Below, piece by piece: positions 38,934 through 46,985 of a stretch of DNA of 64,000 nucleotides (position 1 is the first letter of the stretch; each line of letters starts with the position of its first letter). The stretch lies in contig CAVQJC010000011.1 of the NCBI GenBank assembly GCA_963712745.1, forward strand, positions 160,001 to 224,000, read 5' to 3'. This DNA is from an uncultured Chloroflexia bacterium. Lineage in GTDB: Bacteria; Chloroflexota; Limnocylindria; Limnocylindrales; CSP1-4. Made by a program: the position numbers and the translations under genes. The notes beneath the pieces are model-generated. The model made no database searches. It was not told where the DNA came from and saw only the letters and a list, made by a program, of their open reading frames with translations.

Positions 38934-40088
38934 ATGACCTCGCGCGAGCGCGTCCTCGCCGCGCTTGACCACCGCGAGCCCGACCGAGTGCCCTACGACT
39001 TCGGCGGCACCTTCGTCACCAGCAGCCACCACATCGCCTACCGCCGGCTCCGCGAGTACCTGGGCATCACACCCGAGGTCAACGTCGCGGACATCCGCCT
39101 GGGGCTCGCCTGGATCGATCGCGACGTCCAGGATCTGCTCGGTGCTGACGTGGGCATCGTGGCCACGGGTCCTCCCGACCCGGCCAGCTGGCAGCTCGAG
39201 GTCCGGGATGCAGGGGAGTATCGCGAACTCACCGACGAGTACGGCATGGGCTGGCGCCAGCCCAAGGACGGCGGCCTCTACTTCGACCTCTTCCACAGTC
39301 CGCTGGCCGACGTGGAGACGCCGGCCGAGGTCGCGGCCTATCCCTGGCCCGACCCCACCGACCCCGCCCGGTTCCGCGAGATCCGGGCCGACTGCGAGCG
39401 AGTCGTCTTCGAGGAGGGGCGAGCCTCAGCCTGCAAGGGCATCATCCCCGGGACGCTGGAGGTCTCGCTGTGGATGCGAGGGTTCGAGCGGTTCTTCATG
39501 GATCTCGTCCAGGACCAGGCCTTGGCCGGGGCCATCCTGGACAAGGCGCTGGAGATCAAGCTGCGCTTCTGGGAGACGGTCTTCGGGCACATCGGGGACA
39601 TCCTCGACGTCATCTACGATGCCGATGACTATGGCAGCCAGATGGCCCCGCTCATCGCACCGGACCTGTGGCGCAAGATGATCAAGCCGCGTATCTCGGA
39701 GCTCTACGCCTTCGTGCATGCCAACAGCGGGGCCAAGGTCTTCCTGCACTCGGACGGCGCCATCAAGCCGCTCATCCCCGATCTCATCGAGGCCGGCGTG
39801 GACGGACTCAACCCCGTGCAGTTCACCGCCGAAGGCATGGAGTTGCCGGAGCTCAAGCGTGAGTTCGGGCGCGAGATCGCGTTCTGGGGCGGCGGCGTGG
39901 ATACCCAGAAGGTGCTGCCGCGCGGGACGCCGGCAGAGGTGCGGGAACAGGTGCTCCGGAACGTGGAGATGCTGATGCCGGGCGGTGGCTACATCTTTGC
40001 CACGGTCCACAACATCCAGGCGGACGTCCCGCCGGAGAACATCGTGGCCATGGTGGAAGCACTCCGGGAGGCCGGCGTCTACCGTTAG
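38934..40088 (+). CDS. URO-D-like family protein, copy 2
   Basis: MTSRERVLAALDHREPDRVP, DEYG, DDYGSQ, HSDG, LNPVQ, FWGGGVDTQ, GGGYIFATVHNIQ. Confidence 0.88.
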   Translation: MTSRERVLAALDHREPDRVPYDFGGTFVTSSHHIAYRRLREYLGITPEVNVADIRLGLAWIDRDVQDLLGADVGIVATGPPDPASWQLEVRDAGEYRELTDEYGMGWRQPKDGGLYFDLFHSPLADVETPAEVAAYPWPDPTDPARFREIRADCERVVFEEGRASACKGIIPGTLEVSLWMRGFERFFMDLVQDQALAGAILDKALEIKLRFWETVFGHIGDILDVIYDADDYGSQMAPLIAPDLWRKMIKPRISELYAFVHANSGAKVFLHSDGAIKPLIPDLIEAGVDGLNPVQFTAEGMELPELKREFGREIAFWGGGVDTQKVLPRGTPAEVREQVLRNVEMLMPGGGYIFATVHNIQADVPPENIVAMVEALREAGVYR

Positions 40089-40137
40089 CTCAGGGGTGCG
40101 CCGCCCCGCCCTCAGGCGCCGCCCCGCCATCGCCGAC

Positions 40138-41181
40138 TCAGGCGCCGTCCGCCACCTCTTCGTCGATGGCTTCACGAACCGCTGTCCAGCCCGCGATGAA
40201 GGCATCTCGGAAGTGCTGTACCGGTCCGAACTCCTCGAACTCCGCAGCGCTCAGCGCCTCGATGTCCATAGCCCGCCGGAAGTCCTCGAACGTGTCGAGC
40301 AGCTGCTCCTCGACGTCCGTCGGCGCGGGATCACCCACGGTCTCGCGTCGCTCCGGATCGGCCTCGAGGACCTCGACATAGGTCGACCAGTTGATGGTCG
40401 CGGCATGCGGCCCACCTACCAGTCCGGTGAGGTCGGCCGTGGTCCTGGCTCCGCCGTACAGGAGCTGAACCGGGTAGCCGCGTTCGTCGACCAGCCGCTT
40501 CGCGGCTCGGGCCCAGGCCACGCCCGCCCACATCACGGCCTCTGGCGCGATGGTCGTTCCGTCGCGTGCGGCGACCTTCTTGAGGTGGTCACCGAAGATG
40601 CCCGTGATGGGAGCCATGATGAAGACCGGGCTGTTGCCGCTCTCAGCCGAAGCCTGCCGGTAGCGCTCGCAGGTCTCGGCGACCTGGGCCAGGCTGAAGA
40701 CCTCCGTCATCAGCACGGGCTGATCCTCCCGGACCAGGACATCGAGCGCCGCCAGGCCGGGGAGGGTAGCCGGGATCTTGGGGATGCAGTTCTCTGCCAG
40801 GGAGCGGGCCTCGCGGGCAGAGTCCAGGATCGGCTCGACCGCGGTGTCCAGTTCGGGCGCTCCCTGCATAGAGACCCAGCCTTCCCGGCCACCACTGCGC
40901 TCGTGGATGGCGGAGAAATGGGGCAGGATGCGTGCGACCAGGCGCTGCTGGACGAGCGCTACGCCCTCGTCTCCGCGGGCGCCCGCGGCGGCCACCTCGA
41001 CGATGTCTGGTCGGATCTCAGCGGGGGCTCGGCCGAGCAGGTTGCCGCCGTAGGCGGGGTTGGTGGTGCAGGCGACCGCGCCTTGCGCCAGGGATAGCTC
41101 GATCTCCGAGGCGGTGGGATTGTTGATCCAGACACGGCTCGGCGTCTGGTGGCGTAGCCATTCGAAATAGGTCTCGCTCAT
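40138..41181 (-). CDS. Divergent transaldolase/fructose-6-phosphate aldolase family protein
   Basis: CTTNP, Schiff-base KIPAT, FSLAQ; AGGAG RBS before ATG 41181. Confidence 0.8.
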   Translation of the reverse strand: MSETYFEWLRHQTPSRVWINNPTASEIELSLAQGAVACTTNPAYGGNLLGRAPAEIRPDIVEVAAAGARGDEGVALVQQRLVARILPHFSAIHERSGGREGWVSMQGAPELDTAVEPILDSAREARSLAENCIPKIPATLPGLAALDVLVREDQPVLMTEVFSLAQVAETCERYRQASAESGNSPVFIMAPITGIFGDHLKKVAARDGTTIAPEAVMWAGVAWARAAKRLVDERGYPVQLLYGGARTTADLTGLVGGPHAATINWSTYVEVLEADPERRETVGDPAPTDVEEQLLDTFEDFRRAMDIEALSAAEFEEFGPVQHFRDAFIAGWTAVREAIDEEVADGA

Positions 41182-41214
41182 GCGGCTCCTGACGGGCTTC
41201 CCGTTGGCTGTGCG

Positions 41215-41252
41215 TTGATTCCCGCAAGTGGACCCTGATATGCTTGCATGCA
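41215..41252 (+). promoter_or_regulatory. Putative promoter plus operator between divergent transaldolase-like and HPS-like genes
   Basis: TTGATT(41215)-N18-TATGCT(41239) immediately followed by TGCATGCA. Confidence 0.55.
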
Positions 41253-41320
41253 CACGTCCTGCAGGCAAGCCTGAACTGCCGAGACCGCGCATCAGCGCCT
41301 GGACATGAGGGAGCGATGGA

Positions 41321-42070
41321 ATGACGACTCCGACACGATCCACAACTCCGGCGGGCGCCGCTGCTGCATCGGGCAAGGCGCTGGCGCGTTCCGCGGCGCT
41401 CGATGCGCTCATGGCCGCGCCGCCCCCCGTCGTGCAGGTGTCGATCGACGTACCCACCGTCGACCAGGCCATCGAGATCGGCCACATGGCCAAGCGCGCT
41501 GGGGTCGACCTGCTCGAGTTCGGGACACCGCTGGTGCTATACCAGGGGCTGTCGGTGATGGACCCGTTCAAGGCGGCCTTCCCCGATGACCCGGTCCTGG
41601 CCGATGTCAAGATCGTCGACGGCGCCAAGAAGTACGTCGTCTCGGCCGCCAAGATGGGAGCTGACTTCGTGACTATCTGCGGGGTGGCTCACGACGCCAG
41701 CATCCGACAGGCGCTGGAAGGCCAGGCGGAGACCGGCATCACGGTCGTGGTCGACCTGTACGCTGCGCCTGATCCGGTGGCACGGGCCCGCGAGGTCGTG
41801 GACATGGGCGCTCAGGTCGTGCTCGTCCACTACGGGGGCGATGCGCGCCTGGACGACCCTGAGGCAGACGACACGATCGACATGCTCACGCGTACCAAGG
41901 CCGCGGTCGACGTTCCGGTGGGCGTCGTGACCTTCGATCCGGCCGGCGGCGAGGCGGCCGTGGCGGCAGGCGCCGACATCGTGCTCATCGGCCACCCCTA
42001 CCTGCTGGGCCCCGAGGCAGAACCGATGCTGACCGAGTACGTCCAGAGGGTGAAGGCCGTCCGGGCCTAG
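41321..42070 (+). CDS. 3-hexulose-6-phosphate synthase / KGPDC (OMP decarboxylase superfamily) homolog
   Basis: QVSID, EFGTPL, ADVKIVDG, GADFVT, VVVDL, VHYGGD. Confidence 0.82.
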   Translation: MTTPTRSTTPAGAAAASGKALARSAALDALMAAPPPVVQVSIDVPTVDQAIEIGHMAKRAGVDLLEFGTPLVLYQGLSVMDPFKAAFPDDPVLADVKIVDGAKKYVVSAAKMGADFVTICGVAHDASIRQALEGQAETGITVVVDLYAAPDPVARAREVVDMGAQVVLVHYGGDARLDDPEADDTIDMLTRTKAAVDVPVGVVTFDPAGGEAAVAAGADIVLIGHPYLLGPEAEPMLTEYVQRVKAVRA

Positions 42071-42117
42071 GGGCGCGTCGTACCGCCGCCGCGGCCCGCC
42101 ACGGAAGGACTGGTGAC

Positions 42118-43137
42118 ATGAGAGCGATGCTGCTCAGCGCCCCGCTGACGCTGGAGATCGTCGATCAACCCGATCCCATCATCGAGCGCGAAGACGATGT
42201 GCTGGTGCGCGTCAGAGCGGCCAGCGTCTGTGGGTCGGACACGCACGGCTACGATGGCAAGAATGGCCGCCGAGTGGCTCCGCTCGTCATGGGACATGAG
42301 GCCTGTGGCGAGGTGGTGGCCGTGGGCGCGGGGGTCAGGGCCGTCTCGCCCAGAGACCGCGTGTTCGCCATGCCCATGGAGTGGTGCGCCGACTGTGACG
42401 AGTGCCGGCGCGGCGCGTTCGACCTGTGCCCCGAGCGCAAGGTCTACGGAGGCGACCTTCCCGGCGCCTTCGCAGAGCTCTTCCGTATCCGCGAGCGCAC
42501 GGCCGTCCCCATCCCGGACGAGGTCAGCTACCAGCAGGCCGCTCTCATCGAACCCCTGGCCGTCGTGGTCAAGGGCCTTTCGCGTGCGAAGGTCGATGCC
42601 GGCGACAGTGTCGCGGTCGTCGGCGGCGGGCCGATCGGCCTCATCGCCACGGCAGTCCTGGCGCTGCACCGGCCCCGCCGACTCATCGTCCTGGAGCCGC
42701 TTGAGAAGCGGCGCCAGATCGCGCGAGAGATGGGCGCGACACTGGTGCTCGACCCGACCGCGGTCGATGCCGCCGAGCAGGTCGCAGCGGCGACCGACGG
42801 CCGCGGGGTGGATCTGACGGTGGAGGCGGTGGGCACCACGGCCTCGGTCGCAAGCGCGGTGAATGCCACGGCCGGCGGCGGCCAGATCGTATGGCTCGGC
42901 AACGTCGGCCGGGTCGTGGAGATCGACGAGTTCAAGGTCGTCTGGAACAACCTGACCATCCACGCCAGCGTCGGCGTCACGCGGGCAGCAGTCGAGCGCG
43001 CTATCGAACTCATCGCCGAAGGCTCGGTGCCGGTGACCAACATCCTGACGCTGGACGTCCCGCTCGAGGACGCGGTCGAGGCGTTCCACCGCACCGCGCG
43101 TGACGCCGACATCGTGAAGACGATCATCCGGCCCTGA
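42118..43137 (+). CDS. Zinc-dependent polyol(-phosphate) dehydrogenase (sorbitol/galactitol-1-P DH-like)
   Basis: CGSD, MGHE, CADCDEC..C, IEPL, GGGPIG. Confidence 0.88.
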   Translation: MRAMLLSAPLTLEIVDQPDPIIEREDDVLVRVRAASVCGSDTHGYDGKNGRRVAPLVMGHEACGEVVAVGAGVRAVSPRDRVFAMPMEWCADCDECRRGAFDLCPERKVYGGDLPGAFAELFRIRERTAVPIPDEVSYQQAALIEPLAVVVKGLSRAKVDAGDSVAVVGGGPIGLIATAVLALHRPRRLIVLEPLEKRRQIAREMGATLVLDPTAVDAAEQVAAATDGRGVDLTVEAVGTTASVASAVNATAGGGQIVWLGNVGRVVEIDEFKVVWNNLTIHASVGVTRAAVERAIELIAEGSVPVTNILTLDVPLEDAVEAFHRTARDADIVKTIIRP

Positions 43138-43173
43138 CGGCTCCGGGCTGTTCCGATCCGACCGCGCTGTCGG

Positions 43174-43830
43174 TCAGTCGGCCTCGGCCAGCAGCGCCTG
43201 CATCGAGGTGGCCATGGCAGCGAGCATGAGCCAGCACGAGGTGGCGCCGGCGTCGAGCACGCCTCGGGAGCGTTCACCCAGCCGGCTCGCCCGACCGACC
43301 CTGGCGACCATGTCGCGAGTCGAGTCCTTGCCCTGCTCGGCGGCCTCGGTGAGCGCGTCGAGCGCGTCGGTGAACGCTTGGCCGGCATCGACCGCGGCAT
43401 GGAACGCCGCGGTCGCGGGCACGAGCGTGTCGAGCAGCGTCTTGTCACCGACGTTGGCCTCACCGATGTCCTCGACGGACTCGCGCCCCGCGTCGAGCAT
43501 GGAGCCGAAGGTCTGGGCATCGATGGCCTCGATGCCGGCACAGGCCTCACCCATCTCGCTGAAGAAGCCGCCGTAGAGCGGGCCCATGGCGCCACCGATG
43601 CGGGTCATCAGGGTCTCGCCGATGAGCGCCAGGCCGGCCGAGAGGTCGATGTCGCCAGTCAGCTCGTCGCGGACGATGAGGAAGCCCTTGCGCATGTTGA
43701 CGCCGTGGTCGCCATCGCCGATGGCTCCGTCGATCTCACTCAGGAGCTGGCCATGCTCGTCGATGGTCTCGATGAGCGCGTCGACGACGACCCGGCCCTG
43801 GGCGGCGGGGAACGAGGACGCCGCGCTCAT
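43174..43830 (-). CDS. dhaL: Dihydroxyacetone kinase subunit L family
   Basis: DGAIGDGDHG.NM, GGAMGPLYG, GDKTLLD, GRASRLGERS.G.LDAGA. Confidence 0.92.
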   Translation of the reverse strand: MSAASSFPAAQGRVVVDALIETIDEHGQLLSEIDGAIGDGDHGVNMRKGFLIVRDELTGDIDLSAGLALIGETLMTRIGGAMGPLYGGFFSEMGEACAGIEAIDAQTFGSMLDAGRESVEDIGEANVGDKTLLDTLVPATAAFHAAVDAGQAFTDALDALTEAAEQGKDSTRDMVARVGRASRLGERSRGVLDAGATSCWLMLAAMATSMQALLAEAD

Positions 43831-44831
43831 GACGGCAGCTGGCGCAGGCCCACGCTGTCGGCCTCGAGGTCGAGACAGCTCTTGAGCTCATCGTCGAGCC
43901 GCATCAGCGTCACCGTCGCGCCCATCATCTCCAGGGACGTGAAGTAGTTGCCGACGTAGGGTCGGTGGATGGACAGGCCGGCCTCCTCGGCGAGGCGTGC
44001 GACGTGGTCGTAGAGGATGTACAGCTCCATCACCGGCGTGGCCCCGAGGCCGGAGATGAGGATGGCCACCTCGTCACCGCGTTCGAAGGGCAGGTCGGGC
44101 AGGATGACGTCCAGCATCTGGGCCGCGATGTCCCGCGCCGGCTTCAAGGTCTCGACCGAGACGCCCGGTTCACCGTGGTGGCCGATGCCGACCTCCATCA
44201 TCCCGGGCTCGATGCTGAAGTTCGGCTTGCCCAGGGCGGGGATGGTGCAGGGCGTCAGGCCGACACCGATGCTGCGGGTGTTGTCGATGGCCTTCTGGGC
44301 CGCTGCGATGACCTCGTCGAGCGAGCCTCCGAGGGCGGCCTTGGCACCGCCGACCTTCCACATCAGCACCTCACCCGCGACCCCCCGGCGCTTCTCGCGC
44401 TCTTCGGGGGGTGCCGAGGGCACATCATCGTCGGCCACGACGGTCTCGACGCGGATGCCCTCCTTCTCCGCCTTGCGCCGGGCGAGCTTGACGTTCATGT
44501 TGTCGCCCGCGTAGTTGCCGTACAGGCAGGCCACGCCGACGCCGGCGTCGGCGGCCCGGAACGCGTCCAGGAACGCCGAAGCGGACGGTGAGCTGAAGAT
44601 CTCGCCCACGGCCACGGCATCGACCATGTTGCGCCCGAGGTAGCCGATGAAGGCCGGCTTGTGCCCGGACCCACCGCCGGTGACGATGCCGACCTTGCCC
44701 TCCACCGGCGCGCCCGCGTAGCGCAGGACACGTGGGTCATCGGTCGCGGCCACGAGGTCGGGATGCGCGCGCAGGAAGCCGCGCAGCATGTCCTCCACGA
44801 CCAGTGTCGGATCATCGATGATGCGCTGCAT
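43827..44831 (-). CDS. dhaK: Dihydroxyacetone kinase subunit K family
   Basis: GGGSGHKP, GEIFSSP, NYAGD, RRGVAG, GIGHHGEPG, TSLEM. Confidence 0.93.
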   Translation of the reverse strand: MQRIIDDPTLVVEDMLRGFLRAHPDLVAATDDPRVLRYAGAPVEGKVGIVTGGGSGHKPAFIGYLGRNMVDAVAVGEIFSSPSASAFLDAFRAADAGVGVACLYGNYAGDNMNVKLARRKAEKEGIRVETVVADDDVPSAPPEEREKRRGVAGEVLMWKVGGAKAALGGSLDEVIAAAQKAIDNTRSIGVGLTPCTIPALGKPNFSIEPGMMEVGIGHHGEPGVSVETLKPARDIAAQMLDVILPDLPFERGDEVAILISGLGATPVMELYILYDHVARLAEEAGLSIHRPYVGNYFTSLEMMGATVTLMRLDDELKSCLDLEADSVGLRQLPS

Positions 44832-44875
44832 CGGGTACCTCCTCGACTCTCTAGCTGAGCCCTGCCGGTTTGCAG

Positions 44876-44926
44876 GTATGCATACACGCCTGCCCGCAGC
44901 CTAGCGCGGGGTGGGTGCGCAGGCAA
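44876..44926 (-). promoter_or_regulatory. Putative dhaKL promoter plus operator
   Basis: Minus strand TTGCCT-N17-TAGGCT, followed by palindrome GTATGCATAC (44876-44885). Confidence 0.55.
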
Positions 44927-44937
44927 GCCGCCTGCCG

Positions 44938-45806
44938 TCAGAGGCGGAAGTAGCGTTCCGCATTGGCGCTGAACATGGCCACCTGTTCGTCATCGGAGAA
45001 GTCGCTGATCAGCGCGGCCCAGGTGTCGACCACATCGGGGTAGGAGGCGAACAGGCGCCCGAAAGGCCAATTCGAGGCGAAGATCGTGCGCTCGGGGCCA
45101 AAGGCTTCGATGCAGGTCATGGCCCACGGCCGGATCGAGTCGATGGTCCATCGGGGATCGCAGATGTCGAGCCCGGACACCTTGACGATGACGTTGGGTG
45201 CCACCGCCAGGTTGAGCAACTCTCGCCGCCACAGCTCGAAGTAGGCCTCATCGCGCCCCCGGGGGAAGCCGGCGTGGTCCAGGCACACCGTCATGTTCGG
45301 GTGCTTGCCGGCCAGCGCCTTGACGTCCGCGTACGTCTCCGGCTTCGCATGCACACAGCTGATGAGGCCATGCTTGTCGAGGTAGGAGAAGCCGCGTTGC
45401 CAATCGGGGTCACGCAGGTAGTCGTCATCTCGATACTCGCGGACACCACGCACGTTGGCGAACTGCAGGTGTCGCTCGATCACCGACTCGGCGTCGGGCT
45501 CGGCCAGATGCACCTCGGCCACGATGCCGTGTGGGTGGCCGAGCCGGTCGGAGAAGGCCTGGATCCAGCGCGTCTCCTCGACTGGATCGGGGATCCTCCT
45601 GCACACTGGACGTGGATCGACTTGACGACGTTGCTGAAGCGCGTCTCCGCGAGCCAGTCGTCGGCCCAATAGCGGAGGGCCTTGATGGCGCGGATGTCCT
45701 CGATGATCTCGTGCTGAGCGCCCGGCTTCAGCAGGTCATAGCGGAGCTTCGGGTTCTCGAGGTCATAGAAGTGGACATGCGTATCGATGAAGGGCAGGTC
45801 TGCCAC
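44938..45806 (-). CDS. Amidohydrolase_2 family, sugar-lactonase-like (frameshift ~45598)
   Basis: IDTHVHFYD and HVQ in the first frame; LDHAG, VKVSGL, FASNWP in the second frame. Confidence 0.85.
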
Positions 45807-45963
45807 CCGGGTCGCCTCCGTCGGAGCGGATCATGTGCCCCCATTGTATGGATTCCGACCGCGTCTCCCCGGCTGCTGGACGTCCCGTGGGCCAACCACA
45901 TCGTGGCCGAGCACGACGGCTCGGTCGTCGACAGGTCGCGTCGCTCGGCTGGCTGTAGTCCAG

Positions 45964-46854
45964 TCAATCCGCAGACGCGAGCGAGCGCAGGAAGCGAACG
46001 CTCTTCTCGGCGTCGGCGACAGGGCCCTCACCCGGGGCCGGATCGGCATCGAGCGAGACGTCCTGCTCGAGCACGTACCAGCCGTCGAAGCCGTCCCGTT
46101 CGAGCACCTCGATGACGCCCGCGAGGTCGACGTCACCATCGCCCGCCGGCGGGAACATGCCGTCCAGCGTGGCCTGCTTGAAGGTCGTCTGGCCGGTGCG
46201 GACCTGCTCGGCCAGATCGCCCACGACGTCCTTGACGTGCACGTGATTGACACGACCCGATGCCTGTCGCGCGATCTCGACCGGGTCCGCGCCGCCGATG
46301 AACAGATGTCCCGTGTCGAGGCAGATATCGACATCGGAGGAGGCCAGCACCCGTTCCACGTGCTCGGGTCGTTCCACGGCCATGCCCCAGTGCGGATGCA
46401 AGCCCGTGCTCAGGCCGTGGTCACCCGCGACGTCCTGGAGCCGACGCAGGTTCTCGAAGAAGGTGGCCCACTCCGCCTCGTCGAGGGTGATGGAGGTGTC
46501 GTAGCCGTCGAGGTGCGAGGACGGGCCAAGTACCAGCACCTTCGCGCCGGCTGCCGCCAGCTGTCGTGAGGCACGGTCGACGTAGTCGAGGCCGGCCTCG
46601 AAACGGTCCTGGATGTGCAAGACGGCCGGCACGAAACCGCCGACGACCTGCAGGTCGAAGCCGGCCACGTACTCGCGCAATTCACCCGGATCGGTCGGCA
46701 GATAGCCGTCCGGGCCGATCTCGGTGGCCGAGAGGCCGACCTGCCGCATCTCCGCCATCACTCGGTCGCGGTCCATCAGGAAACCCCACCCCGGCGAGCC
46801 ATCCACGCCCCAGGTGATGGGTGCACCCGCGATCCTGTCGCTCAGGTCGCTCAT
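45964..46854 (-). CDS. iolE: Myo-inosose-2 dehydratase family TIM-barrel protein
   Basis: GAPITWGV, HPHWG, CLDTGH, HVHVKD, VLEQD; adjacent to iol genes. Confidence 0.75.
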   Translation of the reverse strand: MSDLSDRIAGAPITWGVDGSPGWGFLMDRDRVMAEMRQVGLSATEIGPDGYLPTDPGELREYVAGFDLQVVGGFVPAVLHIQDRFEAGLDYVDRASRQLAAAGAKVLVLGPSSHLDGYDTSITLDEAEWATFFENLRRLQDVAGDHGLSTGLHPHWGMAVERPEHVERVLASSDVDICLDTGHLFIGGADPVEIARQASGRVNHVHVKDVVGDLAEQVRTGQTTFKQATLDGMFPPAGDGDVDLAGVIEVLERDGFDGWYVLEQDVSLDADPAPGEGPVADAEKSVRFLRSLASAD

Positions 46855-46879
46855 GCGGCAGCCCCTCCATGTAGTCGCC

Positions 46880-46895
46880 GTTGGAACGTTCCAAC
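46880..46895. promoter_or_regulatory. LacI-family operator (perfect palindrome)
   Basis: GTTGGAACGTTCCAAC with central CG, between divergent iolE and iolG-like genes. Confidence 0.75.
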
Positions 46896-46985
46896 ACCAT
46901 CACCGTATACTCACCCCGGAATCGCTGTCAAGCGGCCGCTCCGATGATTCGCGCGCCGCACGGTGGAGCTCCGAAGGAGGGACGG

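Noticed and set aside
26347-40088. hemE heme-biosynthesis genes supplying the P450s
   Set aside because: The HemE RQAGR signature is absent and no other hem genes are present
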